A DNA stretch of 64,000 nucleotides from Basidiobolus meristosporus CBS 931.73 (Eukaryota; Fungi; Basidiobolomycota). Positions 48,204 to 61,577 of the stretch are shown here, piece by piece (within the stretch, counting starts at the first letter, position 1; each line of letters begins with the position of its first letter). The stretch covers positions 1 through 64,000 of the forward strand of contig MCFE01000307.1 in the NCBI GenBank assembly GCA_002104905.1, read 5' to 3'. The notes beneath the pieces were generated by a model that saw nothing but the letters and a program-made list of their open reading frames with translations, had not been told where the DNA came from and ran no database searches. Both the position numbers and the translations under genes were made by a program.

Positions 48204-51200
48204 AAAACAAGATATACAAGAAGGATTAAAAGAAGTAAGGACGTGTGGGGGCTTGGTGCTCAAGTGATCGGGAAGCGTAGTTGGCTAGGGGATGGCCAGA
48301 GGGGCAGCAGTCAGGATATATATATATATGCAAGCAGGCCCCATCGATAATCTCAGATTGCTCTGCTCAGACAATACCCGGACAGATCGTGGATTCAAGC
48401 GTCATGTCAGATGGTTAAAGCAATGCTGTGGATGTGGATAAGGAATGCCGCCGACACAAGCAGGCTGAGGGTGGTGAGGTTTTTCATCTATCTCGAAGGG
48501 GCATCACCAATCTCACAGGAGACCGATTGTACGGGGATTCACTGATGTAGCGAGGTAACCAATCACCAGCCAGATGCGGGAAATCAGGGATTTTCGTTGA
48601 AAGATGCTCCTGTTGATAAACGGGGAAGAAGACCGAGGAGGATCTATGACGGAGCAGTATCCGTGTGAATTGCAGCAGTGGATCCAAGCGGCCAGCGGAT
48701 CCAGTGGAACACAGATTAAGTAATCCTCATCAACAAACCCACGAACATTAGCGGAGGCCTGGCGGCGCGCACCAAGCCCGGGCTCGGCAGTGGCCACCGA
48801 GCGAGCATCCCGGCGTCGGCACACGGCCGCGGAGTACGAAACCCTAGCCAGCTTACTGTGCGAACATGATCCAGATCACTGCGAAAACTAGTCTACTTTG
48901 GCCTCAGGACGGAAATGAAATGAGGCTACGGTGGAGAAACTTGACACTGAGAGCCGTTTCATAATCCACTGCTCCACTGCTGATATCCGTTTGCCAGCAT
49001 GGAGTCCACAAGGACTTGCCGATGATTTTGCCCCATGAAACCGCCTGTTTTGGCGGATGGCCGATGATACATTGGTATGAATGATCGATCCAGAAGAGTA
49101 GGAGCAGGAGCGGGAACAGGTGCTGGAGCAGGACATCATCAGCTACGCTATACACAAATCTCTGAGATAATCTTTTGAATTGGTATTTGTTCCCAAAACT
49201 GTAATACATCAAATCCCCGAACCATTGGCTTTGATGGTTGTAAGCGGGTTTAGATTTGCTACATCTCTGAAGCCAATTCTTCCTTCTATAGATCGGAATG
49301 CCGTGCAAGTAGGCCACCGTCATATCCCTGTATTCCCGCACTCGCTGGCCGAAGCAGTCCTGGCTTGTTGATGAGCAACCCTTTCCATCGATGTATGTAG
49401 ACCGATGGGGCGATAAGTGCAGACTTCGCCAATCCCTCTGGCTTCTCATCTGTGACGTAAGGCCAGCCCAAGTTCCTCCAGCCGGTCTGTCATGCCGATA
49501 CGAATCCGTTCAAGATACCATTACCCAGCATCTGTATCCGTAGTAGATACCTCTAACGTGATGACCACCACCGCTGCAAACCTTGGGGGAGCACCAGCCC
49601 GTCGCTGTCTCCGAATTGCCCCATGGCCGACGCCTGGCGCCTTCCCCAAGTGCTTCGCAACTGCGCCGTGGGCCGACATCGGGGGAAGGACATGTGGAGA
49701 GATCGCCTCAAACTTGAATCGCAAGGGTCATTGGGAACGATGCGAGGTTTCCTGGATAAGATGATGTGGCACGGCAAGCTACCCGATCTGCTTCTCACCA
49801 TACGGAATGTGCGGCCATGGAGAAGGGCTAGATCCGCGGTAGGCCCATCGCTGACTGTCGGGATGATGGGAAGGCGCGGGCATTCAGATGGTGGCATCAG
49901 CGAGGAGCTCCCATTCCCCGACGGATCATCCACCCAGCGACATTGTTTGTTTCTTCGTGGCTGCAGCTGAGATAGCTTGCCGGCCCGGAGCATTTTTGGG
50001 ATTGTGGTGGTTTCGCGTTCTCGATGCGCGCACAAATCAAGGAATCGGAGAATTTCCTGGTCGCCGAGTAATCTGGCGAAGACCCATCCACTGTATTACG
50101 TCAAAAATCCTTCATTTACCCACAAGTGATGAGCATCCGGATTCTCACGATGTCGACGCCAGTCCTCCAGCGAAGAGATGTAGATTCATGCACTCGTACT
50201 CGCACCCGCACCCAAGCCAAACCTGCAGCTTTAGTCAGTTGTATCACATTTGGACGTTGGTGAATACATTGGTGACATCCACACACTGTTGTTTGGACTT
50301 TTCTTCCGCAACCGACCAGTTCTAAGTTATCATGATGAGAGGAACCCGAGGGGTACAGGTTGCCAAATTAGGTCATATAGAAATGCCCATTTCTAGACTG
50401 ATAAACCAGCTTCGTACCCATCGACCATTATAGAATAAATTCCTTCGTGCTAATGCAGGTCGCTTGCGTTGTAACCTTAGGACTCGGTGTGCCAGCAAAA
50501 CCACTGGCCCACCTCGCCTCGGATGCCTCAGCGAAGTGTCTGCGCAGTGGATGGCGCCCGAAGTGCGTTTCGCGCGAGATCCTGAGCACCCGGCCGGCAA
50601 CGAGGCATTTGCCTCGGCTGTCTACCCGCTGCCCACAACACGGCATGTGTCATCCAGTGTCGCAGTGTCCCAGAGGGCTGCTCTATTAGTCCAATCGACT
50701 CCAACCCCCCATCCGGCCCACTAGAGCTGGAGACGCTTGCTAATCACATCTTTACCGTATTTCCTTATCGGACCGCTGATGTAGCATCCACCCAACCACA
50801 TATATTCTTGTAATTGGAGGTATACCATGAATGGCCATATCCGTCCTGTGCATTACACCCAAACGATATTAGAGGTTGTATTGCAAATAGTGGGCTACCA
50901 GGAATGCTCATTGGAGCAGAGAGCGCTGGTTAGACGCTGCCAAATCTCTACCCAAGCTGGGTTGCCTATTTGGGAGAATTCAGTGTTTGTATTCCACACA
51001 TCTCAACAATCCCATATATATACTTGCAGGGGAATGACTCGACATCATTGTGAATCCCACCCATGTCCCATCACTGATATCACTATTGCAGGCAAGCTGA
51101 ATGTTTTGTGCTTCCCTGGAGTCGAGCACAGGTGTGAGTACAGGCGGTAGAATATCTGCGCGCAGAATGATGTGAATGGTCAATCCTATGCTCGGTACAT

Positions 51201-52491
51201 GCCAACCACAAGCACAGGCATTGGTACAAGCCAGATCCTCCACCATCGATGCCCTGCCAGAATGCATCCGAGCATATCTGTTCGCTCGCTGTAGAGGCCA
51301 GACGCTATTGGGTCCTCGAATGCATGAGTGCGACCCCTCCCGTATGCTTTCTCAAGTTGCCTTTGACTGGGTTCCGCGGAGTAGATGCGTCATGTATCTA
51401 TTTACCAGGCCCGGGCATCGTGCGCTCTTTCATTTCTGAGCTCAACACCGCACACCAGGTAGCAAGGAGGTTGCTTCTTGGTATGGGGTCACGAAGACAG
51501 CCGACAAGGAATTCCAACTTCCGGCAGCCTCCACCTCTACCTCGAGTGCCAGGTGGAATGACAAGGGTGCGCCAGTTGAATCCCCATTTCTTGTTTTGCT
51601 CCCTAGACATACGTAAAACGATGGTTTACTGGCTTTGAAGCCATGTCAAGAATCGCAAATCACCGGACTTATGTTGCAATCAGGGTTAGGGATGGGAATC
51701 CATCGAGTGTTGCATCTAGACTCGCCCCAACTTTGGTTTTGGCATGAATTTGCAGCGGAGGGTAGCCGTGGATTTTTGTTCGTAGGTTTGGTGCCCTTTC
51801 GCACTCCACTAATTTTGCGCAACGTTCCAGTCATACAAGGTTGAGTAACTAGGGAATGATGACTAAATCTAAGCCATGGAGATTTAAAGCGAGCGGATGG
51901 GTGGGCTTGAAAACGGTGCGCCACTTTAATAAGGATTCGTCCAACCGGTAATACATTGCAATGCGATGCATGATAAGCTTTAGGAACCTCGCATGAGATT
52001 CTGCTGTGCTGAGTAGACCATCTCGATTGGGCACTGCATTTGTGGTGCATTATTTAAGTTGCAATATACCTTACATTACTCGGGCTGCTTAACCCGGAAT
52101 GCTTAATAGAGTAGTAGATCCTGTGATATTCATCACTGTGCCCTGCTACAGGCTGAATTCATGGGTAGGCTTCTGTGCAAAAATGACCTAGTTTAAGCAG
52201 ACCCATCTGCCTACTAATAGGTGATATACAAGAGCTTAAGACTTAAGTTGTATTTCTTTGTGAAAGTAGTGAGTAGCTGACAACCCTATCTAGTATGAAT
52301 GCTAGATAATCTAGTCTCCATGCAAAAAAAATGTGTGCTTGTTTGCTAAATACCCTATGAAAGATAACTTTGATGTGCCTGTCAAAGTGCCATTGCAATA
52401 ATTGTATCCCCCAACCAAGGGGTATTGATTCCATGAAAGCACCATGTACAGACTACCAGATAAAAACTACACATTGGACTTCTCAAAAACC

Positions 52492-52840
52492 TGTTGTAAA
52501 AATTTGTAATTCCACCTAAATTTTCACCTAACTTGGTCACTGATATCATTACCTTCAAATCCTAGAGAATACTGACTAAATTTCTTGTTGGGATTTACTT
52601 GGAATATTTTCACCAAAATACCAGGTACCCAGAACATGAAAATTCTCAAAGTTGCCCAATCAGCCCCAAACTTTGCACACATGCTATTAGGACCTTCCTT
52701 AGCCTATTCAACTTGTTTGTTATGCCAAGACCATGTAAAAGTATAAATACTACTTTTACATTTAATGAATCATTAAGTGAAAACCACATAATCTACTTGT
52801 CCTCCCAATCAGTTCCAATATCTCCAAGACTCTTATAACA
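52492..52840 (+). repeat. 5' LTR of element B (349 bp)
   Basis: TGTTG start, TAACA end (one change from CAACA), directly followed by the PBS. Confidence 0.92.
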
Positions 52841-52852
52841 GGTTATGAGCCC
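52841..52852 (+). promoter_or_regulatory. Primer-binding site GGTTATGAGCCC of element B
   Basis: Abuts the LTR; complementary to the anticodon arm (GGGCUCAUAACC) of initiator tRNA-Met. Confidence 0.88.
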
Positions 52853-52962
52853 CAAACTATCACTCTCTGCAATGTCTACAACTGCTCTTACTGGAATTTT
52901 TCCCCCTGCTGAAAAGTTGGATGGATCTAACTACCAAGTGTGGAAGGTGAAGATGAAGATGC

Positions 52963-53311
52963 TGTTGTAAGAGTCTTGGAGATATTGGAAGTGATTGGGA
53001 GAACAAGTAGATTATGTGGTTTTCACTTAATGATTTATTGATTGTAAAAGTAGTATTTATACTTTTACCAAGTCTTGGCATAACAAACACGTAGAATAGG
53101 TTAAGGAAGGTCCCAAGAACATGTGTGCAAAGTTTGGGCTGTTTGGACAACTTTGAGAATTTTCATGTTCTGGGTACCTGGTATTTTGGTGAAAATATTC
53201 TAAGTAAATCCCGACAAGGAATTTGGTCAGTATTCTCTAGGATTTGAAGGTAATGATCTAAGTGACTAAGTTAGGTGAAAATTTAGGTGGAATTACGAAT
53301 TTTTTACAACA
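52963..53311 (-). repeat. 3' LTR of element A
   Basis: TGTTG..CAACA termini; adjacent to the PPT. Confidence 0.96.
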
Positions 53312-53322
53312 TTCCCACTCAG

Positions 53323-56300
53323 CTAAATGTTCATACTGACTAGTCCTAATTTTGACCTAAGATATTCAAACTTGTCTCTAGCTAATGGTTTGGTAAATAT
53401 GTCTGCAATCATTTCATCTGTAGGACAGTAAACTAAGCTAGCTAAGTTATTCTCTATAGCTTCACGTATGAAATGATATCTAATATCTATGTGCTTGGTT
53501 CTAGCATGAAAAGTTGGATTTCTACCTAATTGTATAAATCCTTGATTATCTTGAAATAAAGTAATAGGCGTTTTTTGACATAGGCCTAAATCTGTAAAGA
53601 GTTTTCTTAACCACATTGCTTCTTTTGTAGCTTCACAGGCTGCCATATACTCTGCCTCTGTAGTAGAAAGTGCTACGGTTGGTTGCTTTCTTGAATTCCA
53701 TGAAATTGCTCCTTTACAGTAAAGAAAGGTGTATCCTGTGGTGGATCTTCTGTCTTCCAAATTTTGTCCCCAATCAGCATCAGAGTATCCCGCAAGGTCC
53801 TGTTCTGAATCCTTATAAGTGTATCTTAAGCAAATATCAGCAGTTCCTTTTAGGTATCTAAAAATCCGCTTAACTGCTGCAATATGATCAGATCCATAAT
53901 TCTGATTATGTTGGCTGACAACTCACACTGAATATGAGATATCTGGATGTGTTCCAAGCATGATATACATCAGACTGCCGACCATAGATTGATAAGGAAA
54001 GTCAGGGCTTTCAGATGGCACCAAGCTCTCTTGATTTGGTTGAGTTCTGACCAAGTTAAGGTTTGTCTCCATTGGGGTAGCTGCCGGTTTACAGTCTTCC
54101 ATTTTGTACTTCTTTAGTATATCTTGAATATACTTGGATTGGCTTAGGGTGATGGTCTGGGTACTTCTGTCTATAGAGAACTTAATCCCTAAGTAGTAAC
54201 TAAGTTCTCCTAGATCAGACATCTTGAACTCCTTAGATAGGTTGGATTTAGTCTCTTCTAATGTTTCTAGGTTATTGGCGCCTATAATAAGATCATCCAC
54301 ATATAGAGCTAATAGAACTGAATTTGCTCTATCTGGCTTATAGTATATACTATAGTCAGCATTACTTCTTTTGAAACTCAAAGATTCCAAATAAGAATCT
54401 ATCTTGCAATTCCAGGCTCTTGGTGATTGTTTGAGACCATATAGTGACTTTTTAAGCTTGCAGACCAAATGGGGGTTATCTTGGTCAGCAAACCCATCAG
54501 GCTGGTCCATATACACGTCCTCATCAAGTTCTCCATTCAAAAATGCAGTTTTTACATCCATTTGATGAATAAAAAACTTATATTTGGCTGCAATAGCCAA
54601 TATTATTCTGATGGATTTAAACTTGGCTACCGGGGCAAAGGTCACAGTATAGTCAAGTCCTTTTGTTTGAGAGTATCCTTTGGCTACAAGTCTTGCTTTG
54701 TATCTTTCAATTTACCATCAGCCTTGTATTTTGTCTTGAAGACCCATCTGCATCCAATTGATTTTTGGTTGATTGGTAATTTGACTAAGTCCCAAGTTTG
54801 ATTTTCCATCAGGGCCTGATATTCCTCAGTCATTGCAGATCTCCAAAACTTTGTCTGAGGGCTATTTAGGGCCTCTTTTACAGTCTGGGGCTCATCAATA
54901 TGGACTGAGTAGGCATAGGCTAAGTTTGTACCCTCATTGATATAGTAATTTGGGCTATTTCTTGTCCGATTTGATCTCCGGGCATTTGATACTGGAATGA
55001 TCATTTCTGGGATATTCCTGGGCACTGATTCTGGCTGAACCACGGTTGTAGAGTCCTCTGGAGTGAAAAAATTTTCATTGTTTTGCTATGATTCAATCCT
55101 GACAATTGGTGGACTTGAGATCAAATTTTTGTCATCATCTGATGTCATTTTTTGTGAAAATTTTGAATTTTCATCAAACAACACATCCCTGGACTTGATA
55201 AGCTTCTTTGCTTTGGTATTGTAGAGTCTGTATGCCTTACTCTCATTGCAGTAGCCCAAAAATATGCATTTTACACTTTTTGGCTCAAATTTTGACTGAT
55301 TTCCGGCCAGTTTTTTGGCATATGCTGTACACCCAAATATTCTTAGATGTTCTGCACTTGGTCTGTATCCATACCATGCTTCAAATGGAGTAGAATCACG
55401 AAGTATTCTGTTATAACTCCTATTTTTAAGATATACAGCAGTGGCAACTGATTCCGCCCAAAAATCATAGGATAATTTTTGTTCATGGATCATAGATCTT
55501 GCCATATCAATTATTGATCTGTTAGCTTGTTCTGCTACTCCATTTTGCTGTGGGGAGTATGGTACAGTAGTCTCTTGCTTTATCCCATGAATTTTGCAGA
55601 AGTGGATGAAGAGTTTTGAGGTATATTCTCCACCATTGTCAGAGCGTATTTTCTTGATTTTTTCACCAGTTTCTCTCTCCACCATGGCTTTAAACTCCCT
55701 GAGCTTAGACAGAGCTTCTTCCTTTCTCTCCATGAAGTAGACCCACGTGTATCTTGTATAATCATCAATAAAAGTGATTAAATACTTCATCCCACCTAAG
55801 GATACATTTTGCATAGGTCCACACAGATCTGAGTGAATTAGATCTAATTTTTTCTTAGTTTTGATTAACTCAGAGCTCTTGAACAGTTGTCTGGCTTGTT
55901 TCCCATATATGCAGGCTTCACAGTGCTCCAAATTAGCAAGGGGATCAATATTTACTCCAGAAATTAGCTGATCTTTGATCATTTTACGCAAATAATCAAA
56001 ATTGATGTGTTCAAATCTCCTGTGCCAAAGCATTGGTGTTTCTTCATTTAAGTTACTTATATTGGCTTCTAGATATGATTGAATATAAGTCAACTTGTAT
56101 AGATTCTGATCTCTGATGCCCAAAGCAATATGGGCACCATTTTGATCAGTGATCCTGCATCCAGAATTGTCAAAACTGAAACTGAGTCCTTCTGCTGTGG
56201 CCTTGCTTACAGAGAGAAGGTTCTTGGCTATTTCTGGTACATAGAGTACTTCTTTAAAGGTCAGTGTATGACTTCCTTCACTGCTTCTAAGGTTTACTTG

Positions 56301-57266
56301 GATAGTTCCTTCTCCCACTGCATCAAGTGTTCTATCGTCACCCATGAAAACCTTCTTAATTGGAATTTCTTGATATTGGGTAAAAAGTTCTTTTTGGTGT
56401 GTAAAGTGTTGAGAAGCTCCAGAGTCAATATACCACGTCTGAGAATCCTTGTTTGTGGTCATATTTAGTGCAGATATGAATAGTCTATCTTCAGTTGTTG
56501 CAGCATTTCCATATTCAGGCTTCTTTTGCTGATAATCTCTCTTTTTGAAACACCGGTCTGATGTGTGTCCTTTCCTTTTGCAGTAGTTGCAAAATAGGTT
56601 GCTGTTGCCTTTGTAGGGTCTTGGGTACCTCCTTTGTTGGTTATCATTGCTTATTAAAGCATTTTCTTCTTCCTTCTTATTGGCGCTTGATTTTCTTAAT
56701 TCTTCATCCAGGAGCCTTCCATATATGTAATTTAAGGTCAAATCTTCAGTTCTGGACTCTAGGGCTGATACAAGGCCCTGAAACTTGTCTGTCAGGCTAT
56801 TCAGGATGGTAACTATCACATCCTCATCAGTAGTTGGTACACCCACAGATTCCATCTCATCTACCAGCAGGGTAATTCTGTTAATTAGATTTTTCATTTC
56901 TTCTCCTGGCAGTATCTTTGTAGTAAAGAATTTTCTTCTCAGATACATTTTCTTGGCAGCTGAACATGACTGGTAGGTGCCTTCTAATGCTTTCCAGGCA
57001 TTCTTTGCAGTTTTTGCTCTTGAGCATTGAATTAGCAATTTGTCCTTGACATTAAGGCAAATGCAGTTAAAGGCACTTTGTTCTTTCTTCTGGTACTTCA
57101 AGGCTTCCTCTCCCACGTTTTTAGGAGGGCATTCTTCTCCCATGACAATATCCCAAAGGCCTCTTTCTTGTAGCAGCATCTTCATCTTCACCTTCCACAC
57201 TTGGTAGTTAGATTCATCCAACTTTTCAGCAGAGGGAAAAATTCCAGTAATAGCAGTAGTAGACAT
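53323..57266 (-). pseudogene. Single-frame gag-pol of element A (Gag-ZnK-PR-IN-RT-RNaseH), disrupted
   Basis: CNYCKRKGHTSDRC; WYIDSGAS; IN HH-CC, FIDD, SDNGGEY; [14 protein letters not shown] and YVDD; RH YSDADWG and ADIFTK. Premature stops at 55086 and 53923 and a 1-nt frameshift near 54700. Confidence 0.93.
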
Positions 57267-57297
57267 TGCAGAGAGTGACAGCTTGGGGCTCATAACC

Positions 57298-57646
57298 TGT
57301 TGTAAGAGTCTTGGAGATATTGGAAGTGATTGGGAGAACAAGTAGATTATGTGGTTTTCACTTAATGATTTATTGATTGTAAAAGTAGTATTTATACTTT
57401 TACCAAGTCTTGGCATAACAAACACGTAGAATAGGTTAAGGAAGGTCCCAAGAACATGTGTGCAAAGTTTGGGCTGTTTGGACAACTTTGAGAATTTTCA
57501 TGTTCTGGGTACCTGGTATTTTGGTGAAAATATTCTAAGTAAATCCCGACAAGGAATTTGGTCAGTATTCTCTAGGATTTGAAGGTAATGATCTAAGTGA
57601 CTAAGTTAGGTGAATATTTAGGTGGAATTACAAATTTTTTACAACA
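57298..57646 (-). repeat. 5' LTR of element A
   Basis: TGTTG..CAACA termini; followed on the minus strand by PBS GGTTATGAGCCC. Confidence 0.96.
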
Positions 57647-57651
57647 GATGC

Positions 57652-60600
57652 TGCCACAAGAAAGGGGCCTCTGGGATATTTTCATGGGAGAAGAATGCCC
57701 TCTTAAAAAAGTAGCAGAGGAAGCCTTAAAGTACCAGAAGAAAGAACAAAGTGCCTTTAACTGCATTTGCCTTAATGTTAAAGACAAATTGCTAGTTCAA
57801 TGCTCAAGAGCAAAAACTGCAAAGAATGCCTGGAAGGCATTAGAAGACACCTACCAGTCATGCTCAGCTGCTAAGAAAATATATCTGAGACAAAAATTCT
57901 TTACTACAAAGATGCTGCCAGGAGAAGAAATGAAAAATCTAACTAACACAATTACCCTGCTGGTGGATGAAATGGAATCTCTGGGTGTACCAACTACTGA
58001 TGAGGATGTGATAGTTACCATTCTGAATAGCCTGACAGATAGGTTTCAGGGCCTTGTATCAGCTCTAAGGTCCAGAACCAAAGATTTGACCTTAAATTAT
58101 GTAAACGGAAGGCTCCTGGATGAAGAATTATGAAAATCAAGTGCCAATAAGAAAGAAGAAGAAAATGCTTTAATTAGCAATGATAACCAACAAAGGAAGT
58201 ACCCAAAACCCTACAAAGGCAATACCAACCTGTTTTGCAACTACTGCAAAAGGAAAGAACACACATCAGACTGGTGTCTCGAAAAGAAAGATAATCAGCA
58301 AAAGAAGCCTGAATAGGGATATGCTGCAACAAATAAAGATAGACTATTCATATCTGCACTAAATATGACCACAAATAAGGATTCTCAGATGTGGTATATT
58401 GACTCTGGAGCTTCTCAACACTTCACACACCAAAAAGAGATTTTTATCCAGTATCTAGAAATTCCAATTGAGAAGGTTTTCATGGGTGACAATAGAAAAC
58501 TTGATGCAGTGGCAGAAGAAACTATTCAAGTAAACCTAAGAAGCAGTGAAGGAAGCCATACACTGACCTTTAAAGAAGTTCTCTAAGTACCAGAAATAAC
58601 CAAGAACCTACTATCTGTAAGCAAGACCACTGCAGAAGGACTTAGTTTCAGCTTTGACAACTCTGGATGCAATATCACTGATTAAAATGGTGCCCATATT
58701 GCTTTGGGTGTCAGAGATCAGAATCTATACAAGTTGACTTATATTCCATCATATTTGGAAGCCCATATAAGCAACCTAAATGAAGAAACACCTATGCTTT
58801 TTGCACAGGAGATTTGGGCACATCAATTTTGATTATTTGCACAAAATGATTGCAGCTCAGCTAATTTCTGGAGTAAAAATTGATCCCCCAGCTAATTTGG
58901 AGCACTGTGAAGCCTGCATATATGGGAAACAAGCCAGACAACCGTTCAAGAGCTCTGGGCTGATCAAAACTAAGAAAAAATTAGTTCTGATTCACTTAAA
59001 TCTGTGTTGACCTATGCAAACTTTATCCTTAGGCAGAATGAAGTATTTAAACACTTTTATTGATGATTATACAAGATACACATGGGCCTACTTAATGGAG
59101 AGAAAGGAAGAAGCTCTGTCTAAGCTCAGGGAGTTTAAAGCCACTGTAGCGAGAGAAACTGGTGAAAAAATCAAGAAAATGTGCTCTGACAATGGTGAAG
59201 AATATACCTCAAAACTCTTCATCCACTTCTGCAAGATTCATGGGATAAAGCAAGAGACTACTGTACCATACTTCCCACAGCAAAATGGAATTACAGAATG
59301 TGCAAACCAATCAATAACTCATATGGCAAGATCTATGATAAATGATCAAAAGTTATCCTATGATTTTTGGGCAGAATCAGTTGCCATAGGTCTATACCTT
59401 ACAATAGGAGTTTTAACAGAGTACCTTGTAATTTTACTCCATTTGAGGCATGGTTTTGGTACAGACCAAGTGCAGAATATCTAAAAATATTTGGGTGTAC
59501 AGCATATGCTAAGAAACTGCCCCAAAATCAGTCAAAATATGAGCCAAAAAGTGTAAAATGCATATTTTGGGCTGCTGCAATGAGAGTAAGGCATACAGAC
59601 TGTACAATACCAAAGCAAAGAAGCTACTAAAGTCTAGGGATGAGTTGTTTGATGAAAATTCAAAATTTCACCAACAATGACATCAGATGATGACAAAAAT
59701 CTGGTCTAAAGTCAACTAATTGTCAGATTTGAATCAGAGCAAAGCAATGACAGTATTTTTGCTCCAGAAGGCCTTTACAACAGTAGTTCAGCCTGAATCA
59801 GTACCCAGGAATATTCCAGAAGTGAGCATTCCAGTATCTAATGCCCAGAGTTCTTACCAGACAATAAATTCCCCAAATTACTATATCAATGAGGGTAAAA
59901 ACTTGGCCTATGCCTATTCAGTCCATATTGATGAGCCCCAGACTGTACAAGAGGCCCTGAATAGCCCTCAGACAAAGTTTTGGAGATCTGCAATGACTGA
60001 GGAATATCAGGCTCTGATGCAAAATCCAACTTGGGACTTAGTCAAATTACCAATCATCTAAAAATCAATTGAATGCAGATGGGTCTTTAAGACAAAGTAT
60101 AAGGCTGATGGTACAGTTGAAAGATACAAAGCAATACTTGTGGCCAAACAATACTCTCAAACAAAAGGACTTGACTATACTGAGATCTTTGCACCTGTTG
60201 CCAAATTTAATTCCATCAGATTGGCTATTGCAGCATGCATATGTTTTTTATTCCTCAAAGGATGTAAAAACAGCACTTTTGAATGAGGAACTTGATGAGC
60301 TTGTGTATATGGACCAGCCTGATGGGCTTGTTGACCAAGATAACCCCCATTTGGTCTGCAAGCTTAAAAAGTCTCTATATGGTCTCAAACAATACTAAGA
60401 GCCTGGAATTGCAAGATAGACTCTTAGTTGAAATCCTTGAGCTTCAAAAGAAGTAATACTGACTATAGTATATACTCTAAGCCAGATAGAGCAAATCCAG
60501 TTCTATTAGCTCAATACGTAGATGATCTTATTATAGTTGTAAATAACCTAACAACATTTGAAGAGACTAAATCCAGCCTATCTAAGGAGTTCAAGATGTC

Positions 60601-61396
60601 CAATCTAGGAGAACTCAGTTACTACATGGGATTAAGTTCTCAATAGATAGAGGTACTCAGACTATCACCCTAAGCCAATCAAAGTATATTCAGGATATAC
60701 TAAAAAAGTACCAAATGGAAGACTGTAAACCAGCAGCTACCCCAATGGAGACAAACCTTGACATGGTCAAAACTGAACAAAATCAAGAGAGCTTGGTGCC
60801 AACTGAAAGCCCTGACTTTCCTTGGATCTGATCATAGTGCAGCAGTTAAGCAGATTTTTAGATGCCTAAAAAGTACTGCAAATATCTGCCTATGATACAC
60901 TTATAAGGATTCAGAACAGGATCTTGTGGGATACTCTGATGCTGATTGGGGACACAATGTGGAAGACAGATGATCCGCTATAAGATACACCTTTCTTTAC
61001 TGTAAAGGAGCAATTTCACTGAATTCAAGAAAGCAACCAACCATAGCAGTTTCTACCACAGAGGCAGAATATATGGCAGCCTGTGATGCTACAAAAGAAG
61101 CAATGTGGCTAAGAAAGCTTTTTACAGGTTTAGGCCTTTGTCAAAAAACGCCTATTACTTTACTTCAAGATAATCAAGGATGTATACAATTAGGTAGAAA
61201 TCCAACTTTTAGTGCTAGAACTAAGCACATAGATATTAGACATCATTTCATATGTGAAGCTATGGAGAATAACTTAGTTAGCTTAGTTTACTGTCCTCCA
61301 GATCAAATGATTGCAAACATATTTACCCAACCATTAGCTAGAGACAAGTTTGAATATCTTAGGTCAAAATTAGGACTAGTTGGTATGAGCATTTAG
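57652..61396 (+). pseudogene. Fragmented gag-pol of element B (continuation after the element A insertion)
   Basis: ORF fragments 57597-58133, 58365-58586, 59014-59484, 59720-60061, 60428-60646 and 61073-61396 align to element A domains with many stops and frameshifts. Confidence 0.92.
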
Positions 61397-61407
61397 ATGA
61401 GTGGGAG

Positions 61408-61577
61408 TGTTGTAAAAGCTTGCAATTCCACCTAAATACTCACTTAAATTGGCCACCTAAATCATTACCTTCAAATCCTAGTGATTACTAACCAAATTCC
61501 TTGTTGGGATTTACTTGGAATATTTTCACCAAAATATTAGCTACCCATAACATGCAAATACTTAAAGTTGTCCAAAC
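61408..61577 (+). repeat. First 170 bp of the 3' LTR of element B, interrupted by element C
   Basis: Follows PPT ATGAGTGGGAG. About 25 mismatches in 170 bp versus the 5' LTR (counted by eye). Confidence 0.9.

Larger units (their letters stand above)
52963..57646 (-). mobile_element. Ty1/copia LTR retrotransposon, element A (full length, young, inserted in gag of B)
   Basis: LTRs 52963-53311 and 57298-57646 (349 bp each, 2 mismatches). TSD GATGC at 52958-52962 and 57647-57651; PBS 57297-57286; PPT TGAGTGGGAA 53321-53312. Confidence 0.97.
52492..61577 (+). mobile_element. Ty1/copia LTR retrotransposon, element B (old, decayed host of two nested insertions)
   Basis: 5' LTR 52492-52840, PBS 52841-52852, gag ATG 52872 interrupted at 52962 and resumed at 57652. 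PR/IN/RT/RH remnants with many stops run to 61396, then PPT 61397-61407. The 3' LTR starts at 61408 and is cut at 61577. Confidence 0.93.

Noticed and set aside
48400-52200. Many overlapping 60-180 aa ORFs upstream of the Clg1-like cyclin
   Set aside because: No family motifs, and they occur on both strands in GC-richer sequence. Treated as intergenic or long-UTR sequence; uORF function cannot be judged from sequence alone.
57267-57485. N-terminal extension of the 799-aa ORF, and similar short ORFs at 52599-52838 and 52860-53150
   Set aside because: These are open frames inside LTR/PBS sequence starting at TTG; gag most plausibly starts at ATG 57266.
52492-61577. RIP-like hypermutation as the cause of element B decay
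   Set aside because: Differences between the B LTRs include many transversions rather than only C-to-T / G-to-A changes.
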